Shown: piece by piece, positions 27,153 through 40,060 of the stretch
Layout of the letters: the number at the start of each line of letters is the position of its first letter
How positions within the stretch are numbered: position 1 is the first letter of the stretch
Assembly (NCBI GenBank): GCA_951406725.2
Contig: OX597823.1
Coordinates: 25,482,001-25,546,000 of the forward strand
DNA: 64,000 bases
Reading direction: 5' to 3'
DNA from: Octopus vulgaris
Lineage: Eukaryota
Notes under the pieces: model-generated
Seen by the model: the letters and a program-made list of their open reading frames with translations, nothing else
Database searches by the model: none
What the model was told of the DNA's origin: nothing
Program-made: the position numbers and the translations under genes

Positions 27153-28481
27153 ATTTGTTGATTTTTTTCTTCTTTTGTATACCTTTCATTTTTGCATTAA
27201 TTCCTCCAAATCAGGAGTGGAACACATTACTTTAAGCTGTGGAAAGAAACATATGTCAACAGTTATGGCGCGGCTACTGATTCTAAACAGCATGAAGTTA
27301 TTCCCATCCTTGATAACTGTTCTCAGCTTTCTGAAAAATAAACATACTCCTTGACCTCTCTTCAAAATCAGAATTATCAATCTACAAAGTCTCATTGTGT
27401 TTGAACAGTTTCACAAGTTCTAAAGTATCCGGTCGGTTCATAAGTATCGGTTGCAAATAATAGACTTAATAAAGCCGCGATCTGTGGTGAAAATAGATTT
27501 TTATCAGTGTTAAGTGATTTCACAACATCGTGACCAAATTCTTCTGTGAATGGACGTTGAAAATTCTTGTCTGATATATTTGGTGAGAATAAAATGTATT
27601 GTCCAAAGAACACAACAGTGTTGATCGAACCAATGAGGGAGCCACATTCAGAACAACAATCTCTAATGTACCTGCATCTTTTTAAAAAGTCGGACGAAAT
27701 CGGTGGAGCTTCGGTTCTGCAACGGAACACGAATGCGAGCTGAGAACCAAGCTCGGGCACCAACACGAACACGAGCACGAGTATGATCACGGCCATGAGC
27801 ATGGCCAAGAATACGGTCTCGAAGACGGCCATGAAGACGACCACAAAGACGGCCACGATCACAACGCCGAACGCCCAGTAGCTGGCGACAAACGTATAAC
27901 ACACAAACACTCACACCCGCGCTGGAATTGTCGACCGACATGAAGCTCGCAGGCAAACGGACGGAATCGCTGGAGCTTCCGCTAGGCGGAGGAATACGGC
28001 GATCGTTGTGGTTTCAGAGAAATGTAGAGTCATTTGTAGAAAGTCATGTGATCATAGATTATTGCAACTGAAACAATTTTCACCATAGGTCTGCTGAATC
28101 AGGATTGACTTGGAGCTTAACAACGGCAGCAACAACTCAGTGCTGGTGATGGAGCGTGAATAACTCACTTCTTCACTGGTTATTGTTCTTATTTAATCCC
28201 AGTTCAGCTCAGCTTCGACAGATCAATGACTGAAAGTCTTTCAACCATTATCAACACACCTTTCCAGACAGTGAGTCAAGAACTACATTATCCAAAACAG
28301 CCTTTCTTGACGTTGTAATTGTTTTTGCTGTTGTTTAACCCCGGTTAATTCTTTGACGCAGTAGATCAAAACTGTTCTAACTGTAGCCATCACAGCGTTT
28401 ATTAAGACATGTCTTTTCTGTCTGAATAAAAGATGTAAAGATATCCAATATATCTTTACATCTTTTTTTCTCAAGATAATA

Positions 28482-29729
28482 CGGGGGTCGGCTGAAAAGT
28501 TCATAGGCTGACCAAGATGCTCGCATGGAATGTGACCAAATGAGATTTCTTCCATCAGTGTTGCAGTGCTTGGATGCCATTGGGGAAGAACCTTTCATCT
28601 GTTAGTCAAAAAAGTTGGCAGCAGCAGATATGACGTCATAATTACTGCATTATTGGTTTCCAACCAAGTGTTTTTTTTTATATTGGGGGACACATGATAA
28701 GTCAGATGAGGCCAAATCAGAAGAATAAGGAAGCCAATCAACCAGGTCAAAGCCACAGTCGCGTACAGCATCCATTGAAACCATGTACTTGTGTGCTGGA
28801 GCATTGACATTGGGAAGCCAGACCTCTTTCTTCAGTTTTTCTGGCTATTAGATCTTGATAGCTTTTCGTAACTGCTTCAGCAAGTTGGCATAGTACTTTT
28901 CTTTGATGGTGTGGCTCTTTAGAAGACATTTAATAAACACAATGTCTTTTGCATCCTCAAAATCTGATGCCATCATCTTCCCTGCAGATGAAACACCCTT
29001 GGCCTTCTTTGGAGCAGGTGAGGATTGATGTTTTCACTGCACAGATTATGTCTCTGTCTCTGGCTCAAAGCAATAAAGCCAACACTCATCCTGGGTTAGG
29101 AAACGTTTAAGAAAACCAGCTGGATCTGCCTCACACAATGTGAAATTTTCCCGTGATGTGATCAGCCTGGTACACTTTTGATCATGTCAGAAGACACTTC
29201 GTCCTATCAAGTCATACCAAGTTTTGCAGAATATTCTCAACTCTCTCACACCATATGTTAATAACATTGATTATTTGATTCATAGTCAATTACTTGTCAT
29301 CCATCACCGTGTGGGGAACACGATCAATGTTTTCCTCAGTGGAGGCAGTTGCTAGACGTCCAGACCTTGGTTCATCTTCAAGAATGTCCCATCTCCTCTT
29401 AAATTCGGCTGCTCACTTTTGCACTGTTGATAAAGCTGGAGCAACAACCCCTAATGTAGCAACCATGTCAGCATGAATGCTGTTAGGGACAAAATCCTTT
29501 TTCTGCAGGTACTTGATAACACCACAATGCCAAATTGTGTCCATTTTGAAGAGAAGTTGTAACTAGTTACTTTTGAAGCTGTCAAATATCTTGAGCTGTG
29601 AGGTGTCAGTTTATCTGGGTGAAAAATAATGCAGTTATTAAGAAGAATTTAAATCAATGCATGCAATATTTCACAACGCTAGCATCACGCATTCATAGTC
29701 AGCCAATGAACTATTTTTGCCCACCCTCG
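28482..29729 (-). mobile_element. Mariner transposon (irritans-like), decayed, in intron 1 of the SLC18B1-like gene
   Basis: TIRs cgggggtcggctgaaaagttcataggctga / tcagccaatgaactatttttgcccaccctcg, TA TSDs. Remnants 'EDEPRSGRL' and 'SAGKMMAS'. Confidence 0.85.
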
Positions 29730-29978
29730 TAGAGTATGACGTCAGGCAATTTTGATTACTATTAGTAACAGAGCACCAGGCCACATAAATGTATGCATTT
29801 GGGGCAGATTGTCCAGAATGTCGATGATGACACATTTTTGACTGATTGTTCAGTATACTATAATTTCTGACATCGTCTTCATAGTCGCTGCTATTAAGAG
29901 AGAAAATACATTTAGGAGCAATATTTAGGGAATGAATATACATTGAGAGAATGAAGATATTTTAATAAGGTTACCTAC

Positions 29979-30158
29979 CTCAACTGGATAGCTAACTTCT
30001 AGTATAGGGAACACCGAACCGGATATCAAACGAGATAGCAACAGTGCCGTTATAAGAAATTTTTCTCGAGAAGCAATTTTCTTTGGTGAGTCAGATATTT
30101 CGTTGGTTGCTGAATCATTATTGTCTGGTACCTCCTCCGAATTCCTCATGATCTCCAT
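29979..30158 (-). CDS. SLC18B1: SLC18B1-like MFS transporter, coding exon 1 (MEIMRNS...FPILEVSYPVE)
   Basis: ATG at 30158, 180 nt, GT donor (GAG|gtaggt). The TM1 region and 'YPxE' match the SLC18 N-terminus. Phase 0 joins exon 2. Confidence 0.8.
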
Positions 30159-30169
30159 ATTGGTAGGGA

Positions 30170-30760
30170 TTTTACTCTCTGTCTGTCTCTCTCTCTGTCT
30201 CCGTCTCTTTCTTTCTCTCTTGCTTCCTCGTTCTCACTCACTCTCTCTCTTTCTCTCTGTCTCCCTCTTTTTCCCTTTTACGCTTGCTCTGTCCCCTTCT
30301 TTCTCTCTGTCTCCCTCTTTCTCCCTTTTACGCTTGCTCTGTCCCCTTCTTTCTCTCTGTCTCCCTCTTTCTCCCTTTTTCTCTTGCTCTGTCCCCTTCT
30401 TTCACTGTACCTCTATAGCAGTCTCTTCTTACAATCCCACTCTTGCACTGTCCCCTTTCTCACCTTTTCTCCTATTCACTGTCCCTCTTTCGCACTGTTC
30501 CCCTTTATCACTGTCCTTCCCTCTATGGCATTGAACTTTTCTGTAAGCTGCATCCCCTCTCACTAACTCCCTCTCTCACTATTCCCACACCCACACTGTT
30601 CCTTTCTCTCACTGTCCTTTTCTCTCACTATCTTACTGTACCGTTCTCTTGCTGTTTCTTCTTTCACTAACCATCTCTTACTTCTTCCTCTCCCCTTATA
30701 ACCTTACATGTCCTCCTCTCACTCCCACACTTCCTCAGCTTCCTTCATTGTCTCTCTGTG
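30170..30760. repeat. Polypyrimidine/polypurine tract with about three 50-bp tandem units, just upstream of the SLC18B1-like ATG
   Basis: Repeated 'ctctctgtctccctctttctcccttttacgcttgctctgtccccttct' at about 30250-30400. Confidence 0.8.
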
Positions 30761-30986
30761 CCAAAAAAATAAAGAAATATTGAAAGCCTGTGAGACATAC
30801 ATAAATCAGTACATCGTTCTTAACAACAACAATAAAATCATGAACAGTAACAACAATCGAGAGAGATCCTATGTGATTGCTCACATTGAAATAAAATATC
30901 CTTCAAATTGTCATATAGAATAGTTGTCTGTGGAATACTCAGCCACTTTGAACGCTAAGCAATATATATATATAATATGTTGTATG

Positions 30987-31029
<43 letters not shown>

Positions 31030-31089
31030 AAAGGGTAAAATTAATCAATTAAATTAACTAATTAACCAATCAACTAATTAATAATTTTA

Positions 31090-31950
31090 GGGAGAGTTTA
31101 CAGAAAAAAGCAAAAAATGAAGACGGGTGGTGTACAAAACAAACAGATGTATTAGTATAACGCTCAGGAATAGAAAAAGTATTTTACGTTTCGAGCCTAC
31201 GCTCTTCTACAGAAAGGAACACAGAAAATAAGGAGAGAAACAAGGAAAGAAAAAAAAATGTGTGTAGTGGCTAACGATCTATCATGGCGTCTGACTTGGA
31301 CAGAAGGGTCACACGCGAGAAGGAAAGTAGGGGAGATAACAAAGTGAAAGAACCCCCAACACGAAGGTGCGTGTGTGTATAAGAGAGTATGTATGTGCGT
31401 GTGAAAGAGGGCTGGTGGTCTGGACGTGTGCGTGTATGTATGTGTAGGTGTGAAAATGTGGGGATGGGTGTGTGGATGGTGTGTTGTGATGTGATGTGTA
31501 ATGTTGTATAGTGTAGTGTGGTTAGGTGTGATGTTGTTGGGAGGTGGGGAGGCGAGAGTGGGGAAAGCACGGGTGGGGTGTGGGTTCGGCTGAGGGTTGG
31601 GGTAGAGTTGAGGTTTGTGGATAGGCAGAGGGTGGGGGTAGACGTGAGGGTATGTGGGGGAGGGTGTGTGGTATAGGATGGGGATGGGAAGGATAGGGAA
31701 GGTGGAGTAGGGATGTGTAGGGGTGGGTGGATTTATGGAGGAGGGGAAGGTGAGTAAGTGAGGAGAGAAGAGAGAAAGAGAGGGTGAAAGAGTAGGAGAG
31801 AAGAGAAAGAGAATAAGAGAGGAGAGAAAAAGAGGGAAGAGAGAAAGAGAGTAAGAGAGAAGAGAGAAAGGGAAAAGAGAGAAAGAGAGTAAGAGGGAAG
31901 AGGGGAAGAGGAGAGAGAAAGAGAGAAAGAGAGTAGGAGAGAAGAGAGAA
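31090..31950 (-). mobile_element. PLE-derived insertion with a variant hammerhead and a purine-rich tract, 15-bp TSD
   Basis: taattaataatttta at 31075-31089 and 31951-31965. Hammerhead-like motif at 31180-31216. Confidence 0.75.
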
Positions 31951-32193
31951 TAATTAATAATTTTACCTAGATCGGTACGTTAAAATAACCTTTATAGATA
32001 AAATTATACAAATATTCTATAATTATCAACATAATTATAATTAGGTGTCAGCTAGGTAAGACATCTATATTGTAGATTCTTAAAACAAGTTTAATTTCAA
32101 AATAATCATTCACATAACGAACACAAATAACCGTCTGTTCCTTACCGTAAATATCTTGTATACCATCAATAATGATTCACCTCTCAGTGGGCC

Positions 32194-32233
<40 letters not shown>

Positions 32234-32236
<3 letters not shown>

Positions 32237-32422
32237 AGGGAGAGTTTACGAAAAAGAAAACCAAAGACGAAGACAGGTGGTGTACAAAACAAACAGATGT
32301 ATTAGTATAACGCCCAGGAATAGAAAAAGTCTTTTACGTTTCGAGCCTATGCTCCTCTACAGAAAGGGACACAGAAAAAAACAAGGAGAGAAAAAATGTG
32401 TGTAGTGGCTAACGATCTATCA
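32234..32422 (-). mobile_element. PLE-derived 3' module with a variant hammerhead (copy 3)
   Basis: cttt-CTGTAGA-ggagc-atag-gctc-GAAAC-GTA-aaag on the minus strand, in (TA)n. Confidence 0.7.
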
Positions 32423-32430
32423 TATATATA

Positions 32431-32486
<56 letters not shown>

Positions 32487-32703
32487 CAGGGCTGGCCAAA
32501 AATCACCTGAGAGTAAATCAAGACCATCTAGAATTATTTTATGAGACATTGCTAATAAATAGACAAATGTTGGGGAAAAAACAATGATTTTAACTCACAG
32601 CATTCAATTATTAAACATTCATAATTGGAATGAATAAATAAAATTGAATATTAAGTATTTATGGAATTTTCAGTTAATGTCGGGTGACTTTTGGCCAACC
32701 CTG
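32487..32703. mobile_element. Tc1-type MITE
   Basis: TIRs cagggctggccaaaaatcacc / ggtgacttttggccaaccctg, followed by TA. Confidence 0.75.
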
Positions 32704-32920
32704 TATATATATATATTAGTGTGTATGTTTGTTTGCAAATGGTCTCTTCTCGATTGAACTATCTTCGAAAAAACTCTTTCTCAAACAGAGAATATTTATT
32801 AGGATTTAATTCCACAGCAAACCTCTAAAATTGCGACGTTTGTTTTATATTAGGAAGATAATATTAATATTAATTCTTAAAATGTCCTAAATGTAAAGTA
32901 ATCCTAAGAAAAGTAATAAG

Positions 32921-32958
<38 letters not shown>

Positions 32959-32991
32959 ACACACGCACACACACACATACGCACACACACT

Positions 32992-33034
<43 letters not shown>

Positions 33035-33263
33035 TGCATGTGCCGAAAAATTTCTCACTTGAAAAGGATGATGGTTTTTTTTTATAAGTGTCGTGATCAA
33101 GGAATATGTCCGAGACGTTATCAATTGAGGATATTATATACTACGAAAAAACGGAAGCAGCCGAAATTCCAGAACAGTAAAGAAAATTATTTACATTTCC
33201 TTTTTGAGTTTGATAAATAATGTATTGTTTATTTATCTATATTCACTCCGTGCGACAAATACG

Positions 33264-34974
33264 AGTGTAGGACAAAAGCCGCCTAGGAAAAAACCCCACT
33301 AGAACAAAAACCCCTCGGGCAAAGGCCAAAAGCCCCTCCGCCAAAATCCCCATAGTTAAAGTGTGAAAATCCCCTCGGTTATATTTTTCGGTTATTTTTT
33401 CGTTTTCTTCCCCCCTTGTTTCAGTCATTAGATTGTGGCCATGCTGGGGCACCGCCTTGAATTTTTAGTTACATGTATCGACCTCAGAATTTATTTTTCC
33501 TTTTTACTCGTTGCAGTTATTAGACTGCGGCCATGCTGGGGCACCACCTTGAAGAAGTTTTAGGCGACTGTATGGAACCCAGAATTTTTTTAAAGCCTGG
33601 TCAAAATCTCAGTGATATATTTCTTTCTTCTTTTTTTTTTCCTTTGTACTTCTTAAATAATTAGACTGCGAGAATGCTGAGGCACTGCTTGCAAGAATTC
33701 TTAGTCGAACGTATCGACACTAGAATTTTTTTTAGGTGATTTTCAACCAACGCATGAAGTTAAGCCTTGAAGGTTTCTCCACATGCTAGGAATAACAGCC
33801 AAATCTCTTGATTTTTTTTTTATAATTTCATATAAAAACGGTTGTAAAGATATATTTATTTTCCAAAATTTTAATTTTTAAGTAAGCAAAAATGTATTCA
33901 ATCGAATATAAGTAGAATAAGTAGAATAAAATAACAGAACACAAAACTCTTTACTACTCAATGTACATATTGTCTGAATTCTAACAAAAGGGAAATAATT
34001 TACTTCAAAAAATGTGTAGAAACATAGAAACGTTAAGAATGACGTTTGAATAACTAGCTTTCGGCGCCATAATTCTGTTAGACATTCAACGGCCATTCAG
34101 AAGGTCAGCTCACTCTCATTAATCTCTAATGGCAGAGAGAAGAAAACAAAAGACTGCAAATTTAAATTTTAAAATACTGATTTTTCAGCGACTAAAAATT
34201 CTTCAGGGCAGTACCCCAGCATGGCCACAGTCTAATGCCTGAAACAAGTAAGAAAATAAAAAAAATCCTGGGATCGATATAATCGACTAAAAATTCCTCA
34301 AAGCCGTGCCCCAGCATGGCAGTAGCCCAATGACTGGAACAAGTAAAAACATTTTTAGAATATAAAAGAAAAAAAAAACGAAAAATAACCAAAAAATATA
34401 ATTGGGGTGTTTTGTCTGCTTTTGCACTTTAACTAAGGGGTTTTGTCCGAGGGGCTTCTGTCAAAGGGGTTTTTGTCCGAGGGGCTTTTGTCCAAGGGGT
34501 TTTTGTCCGAGGAGCTTTTGTCCTAGTGAGGTTTTGTCCTACAGGGCTTTTGTCCGGATCCTAACAAATAAGTATAAATGTTATACAATTCTCAATCAAA
34601 TTATTGATGAGTTGTTCTTTTTTTAACTTTTAGCAAATATTCTTCAAGGTGGTGCCCCAGCATGAAAAAATTAAAAATATCCGATACAGTTGACTAAAAA
34701 TTCCGCAGTGTGATGACTGAGACAAGTAAAACAAAGAAATTGGGTGTGGTGGGGGCGATACATTCGGCTAAAACTTCCTCAAGGCGGTGCCACAGCATGG
34801 CCACAGTCCAATGACTGAAGCAAACAAAAAACTTCTTTTAGAAAACATAGAAAACGAAACATAACCAAAAAATATAACTGATCGGGTTTTGTTTGCTTTC
34901 TCACTTTAAGGGGGTTTTGTCAGGAGGGGGTTGTCCGAAGGGGTTTTCTCCTAGGTGGGGCTTTGTCCGGATCC
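33264..34974. mobile_element. Foldback/Mutator-like non-autonomous element with (ggacaaaa.cccc)n subterminal repeats and a duplicated right end
   Basis: Left repeat array 33268-33350; inverted arrays 34436-34561 and 34909-34974. Flanking direct repeat cgacaaatacg at 33253 and 34975. Confidence 0.6.
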
Positions 34975-35124
34975 CGACAAATACGTATAAATGTTATACA
35001 ATTCTTATACAAATTATTGATCAGTTGATCTTTTCTTAATTTTTAGCAAATGTATGTAACTATCGAACGAACAAAATTCAATAGCAATTGCAACTTAGGG
35101 TCTATATATATTCATATATATATA

Positions 35125-37400
35125 CTAGCAGTATAGCCCGGCATTTCCCGGGATTAAATTAGGATTACTAAGTGATCAAGCGCTTTATTTCAAACCAAAA
35201 TAAGTGACACCGGCATCAAATTTGAGCGAAATCTATTAAAATTGGTAAATGTTTGACTGAAAATGGGTTGCAGGCAATTTGATTGCAAAATCCCATAAGG
35301 AATCGGTTTATCGAGTATTTCCATCATCGATTGTTTTTTTTTTTTTTTTTTTTTTGAGAACTTAAAGCATTCAAAGATCGCATTAGTCCTAAGTAATGCT
35401 GGCATCAAGTTTCAGCAAAATATGGCAAAATTGGTAAAAAAATTCTGGGATCGATATAATCAACAAAAAATTTCTCAAAGCCGTGCCCCAGCATGGCAGT
35501 AGCCCAATGATTGAAAATGGGGTGTAGCCAATTTTAGTGGGAAATCCTGTGAGGAATCGGTTTATCAATTTTTTATGATTGAATGGAAACCCCCAAATGA
35601 ATGCCTGCCACCGATAGTGTTTGGTCTTGGGATTTCTTGGTGGACATGTTGAAGCATGGTCTCACTGGGAACTGCGATCTGCGGAAGTTAAACGGCATGT
35701 CTGACCCCAAAGAATAAGGCTGCATCCTTGAAATGAAAACATTTTCACCCCCTCCCGCACCCTGTAACAAAGATAACCTCAATCAAGTGGGGCATCAGGG
35801 ACTTGATTACTTGATTACTTGTTTTTGGATTGCATGTTGAAGCTGTAGAATCCCTGATACCTTTCAGTGACCGGTCCAGTGCCTCAAGGGCACTCTTATT
35901 GGTCATTGTGCATTCGTACCCTACAATGAGACGGCACTGTCTCAGAACTCCAGCTTCCTCTGAATTTTTGCCAATGTTGCAAGTAGGAACCTCGCGAGTG
36001 CGCCGTCCTATTTCCCGGCAATAACCTAGCAGCGATTCCCGAGGAGGCAACGGCTAGCGCAATTTGTTTCTCGCGACGAATCTTAGCAAGTATTAATTAT
36101 GTTACAAAGGTACCTCAAGCAGTATCGAGGAAAAAAAAGCCGCCCGCCTGTTTTTCAACGGCACTGACGACAGTTTCATGCATCAACCTCTGATCAGGGA
36201 GCAATTTCGGTCCATTTACTCTCAGATACTCCGCAAGGCCATCAGCGTCATACGACAACTCCAAAAGTAACTTTGGTGGGAGTGTGTTAACGTCCTGTCG
36301 CAATGAGGATGGCAAACCGAATGTGTTCAACGGTGTCCCACCCATTTTGAGCAGGGCAGCCTCGATTTCATCCAGCGCATTATTGTAGATCAGGTCATTG
36401 TATCCAATCTCAGAATTAGGGCACTGTTGCTTTGCCAGTCATCATTTGCCTTGACCACCAAGAAAGCAAAATTACATACAGAGAATTTCATAAACAGAAA
36501 TGAATGGAAAAAAGGTTTTGGATTAAATTTTTAGATTAACACTTGCACGATTTTCACTAAGAAAAAGAATCGGAATTTTTTCGTGTGATCAACTACCCTG
36601 GCCTCCTAATATGCTACAAAACTCTTTTTGTGGTTCGAAAAACGGGGTGTGGTGTGGTGGAAGCCTCAGAAATCCCCCCCACCCCCATTGATCTTTTCAC
36701 CATCTATTTTTCATTGTACGTGGAAAAATACGGAGATTAAGAATAAGGAAAACATGTTTTCAATCTCAAATTTACCATAAAAAACTCTAGGCAAATTTTT
36801 AGATAACACTCGCACGATTTTCACTAAGAAAAACAAATCGGATTTTTTGAGTGGAATCAACTACCCTGCCTTCCTAATATGCTACAAACCCCTTTTTGTG
36901 GTTCGAAAAACGGGGTGGGATGTGGTGGAGCCGCGGACATTTTACTCATTTGTATTGTGTAATTCACTGACAAATTGTTACCTACTTCTTTGTTTCTATG
37001 TTGTTAAATAAATGAATTCTCAACAAAACACTTCTTGCCTCGGCGTAAAATAAAAACAAAACTTTTTCGCGTCCAAAGTAATGTGTGTGTGAGGGAGAGG
37101 GGTGGGGATAGATGAACGATTTAAAATAAATAAATGATTTAAAATAAATATATTTTACTCTAGACCGATGATGGACAATGATCCTGAAACATGCGTGTCT
37201 CTAGATGCAGGCCTGGCTGTTGGGGGTGTTTGTCTCCCCTTCGTAAATGTATATAAGGACACAGGAAAAATGTGTCGAAGCCAGCAGGAAACGCCGATGC
37301 TTCCTAGGGCTAAACAGCGGTGGTGTAACCCCCTACTGTCACGTTCACGTTAGATTGACAGTATACAACCATTCTATATTTTAATTATTGTGTGAGAAAG
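35125..37400 (-). mobile_element. Helitron derivative with Pif1-helicase remnants
   Basis: 3' hairpin cccgggaaatgccggg plus CTAG at 35125. Helicase pieces 'GFFFLD', 'CNIGKNSEEAGVLRQCRLIV.YECTM...EALDRSLK' and 'MPFNFRRSQFPVRPCF'. Internal ~150-bp direct repeat at 36520 and 36790. The 5' end is approximate. Confidence 0.8.
37159..37205 (+). ncRNA. Minimal type I hammerhead motif (U4C core variant)
   Basis: tctaga-CCGATGA-TGGA-caatga-TCCT-GAAAC-atgcgt-GTC-tctaga. Confidence 0.65.
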
Positions 37401-38717
37401 TATATATAATCTGATTATAAAATATAGTGTCTTTCAAAAACATTCTAAATTTGAATACTATTATTTCGTGTTTAAGAAAAACAAAACATTTTACATTTTT
37501 ATTTTTGGTGAACGCTTTCACTTTCTTCCTCATACACACACATACATCAACACACAACTTCTCTCTCCCTCACACACACACACACACACACATCAACACA
37601 ACACAACTTCTCTCTCTCGCACACACACACACTCACATTTTCTCTTCCCTATGTCAAGAAGGGACTTAATTCATGTTAGCAAACTTCAAAATTGGTAAAA
37701 GTTAAGGCTAAAAATCGATTTTTACAAAAGATGGCTTTCCCCTGTTCCTGAAATAGTGGAGGGGACTTATCCCCTGGTACCCCGCTGAAACAAGGCCCTT
37801 GAGTACATAACTGGCACTCAACTTACTTTATTAACCATAGAGAGACGAAAAGAATATTTAACTGTTGTAGGATTTGATCATAGACCATAGAGGTGGGAAA
37901 CGCTCTAGGATAGATAGGATAAACGAAACGCTCATTTGTTTTGGTTAATAATCACAATTTATAACTTAGCCACAAGTTCACAAATTTAAGGAAAGGAACA
38001 GTCGAATAAACTAATCTCCATAATTAGACATATGTTTAATCTACCTGAATGTGATGCAAACTCAATGTTAAAGAATTTACTTAAAAACTCGTGAAGAATT
38101 TTTGCGTCCAACACTTTACTAATTCTACCAACCTCCATCATCAAACTAAGTCTGAAATTTAGGGGAATTGAGTCAATCATTTAGATCAACCCCAGTATTT
38201 GATTGTTTCTTTATTTTATCGACATAGAAAGGATGAAAATCAAAATTAACCTCAGAACGTAAAGAGTCAGAACAAATACCACGAATCCTTTTTTTTTTCT
38301 CCGACGCTCTAACAATTCTACCAGGTCACCGCATGATTGATAATGGTTTCAAACGATGACGCAAGGTCGGCAATTTTCAAGATAGGGGTTAGTTCCAGTA
38401 CTTGATTAATATCTAATATTAGGTAAAAAAAAAAGCCAGGAGAAATGTTGCTAACCATTTTTTTTATATCCGACATGCTGACGATTCTGCCAGCTCGCTA
38501 CTATAAACAACAATAACAATAATAATAATGATTTCTAATAGAAGCACAATATCTCGAATTTAGAGACAGCCTATAGTTAATAGTGATTAATGTTGTCAGT
38601 ATAAGTTGAATGTTATTTAAGAGCAAAGTCAATACTGAAAATGATAGCATTCTGAATATATGAACAACATATATGTTACAACATAAATATAGAAGTAGGA
38701 TATAATAACTTCTCTAA

Positions 38718-39111
38718 TCTTTATATATAAAAGTGAAGTTGTGTGTCTGTCTCCTACGATTTAGATTCCTAACTACTCCCACATTTTGCGGTGCAGTGTA
38801 ACCAATAGCGGGTATCTTATAGTCGTGATTCATATCGAGCCCTTCTGGGTATTAGCGCGCGTCTACGATGAGTCTACGATTTAAAAAAAAAATTACCATA
38901 ATTTTTTCCCATTTTTAATGCATTTTTTGCTATTATATAAGGGGGGTAACTCTCTAAAAATGCATTATTAAATCACAGAACGTAAAAAGCTACAGTAACG
39001 CCCCCCTTTGTGGTTAGCCATATTGAGATGGCTATTATACTTTACATCTCTAAAAATGCTTATATAGTTATTTCCCTTACAAACCCGAGCAACGCCGGGC
39101 AATACTGCTAG
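38718..39111 (+). mobile_element. Non-autonomous Helitron
   Basis: A|TCTTTATATATAAAAG ... cccgagcaacgccggg ... CTAG|T. Same family as 25079-25470. Confidence 0.9.
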
Positions 39112-40000
39112 TGTTTAAATAAACCTTTGAACATTTTGGTAAAAAAAATATATATTTGGCATTGAATATTCGAAGGTAGAGTAGTTGAATTAAGAGTTGT
39201 TGCCCTTAGATAAATGTTACTGACAATTTCTGTCCCATTTCTAACTGAATTTAAAGAATTCTTTAAATATTAATGAATCTTTAGAGTGCCAGTTTGCTGT
39301 CCTTCCCGTTCTATGTTCAAACTGCGCTGTAATAACTGTTTTTTTAAAATCCTTTCTAGAGTTACATTCCACACGCGCATAACTGTATTGCTTGTCTTCG
39401 TTCCTAGTTATAAATGTAGATTGATTTCAATATGCATACATGCATGTATGCATGCATGCATACATACATACATACATACATACATACATACATACATACA
39501 TACATACATACATACATACATACATACATAGCTGAAGATCAGTGAAAAAGAGAACACGCACGCTGAACTATTGAAAATTCTGAAGTTACTCTATCCAGAT
39601 TACAAGGTCATGTTTATACCTGTAATTATTGTTGGCCCTGTGATATGTACGAGAAATTAGGCTTCTCAAAACCAAAACTTTTTATCATCTCACTCCCTTT
39701 ACAAAAACTGTAATTAAAAACTGGGGTTACCTCCCCGCTAAAAACTCGGATTATTGCCCATATATAAAAGCCCTCGCTTTTCAAGTGAGCTTTATATGAT
39801 TAATTTTTCTTGAGATTAATTTACATTTAAGACATTTTAAGAACTAATATAAATACTATCTTCTTCATATAAAACAAACATCGCAGTTTTAAATATTTGT
39901 TGTAGAGTTAAATCTTAATAAGTATTCTCTTTTTGAGAAAGCTTTTTCGAAGATAGTTCAGTCGGGAAGAGTCCTTTGGCAAACTCTCATACACACATTC

Positions 40001-40055
<55 letters not shown>

Positions 40056-40060
<5 letters not shown>

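Noticed and set aside
34436-34561. CRISPR-like regular repeats
   Set aside because: No unique spacers; these are transposon subterminal repeats in a eukaryotic context.
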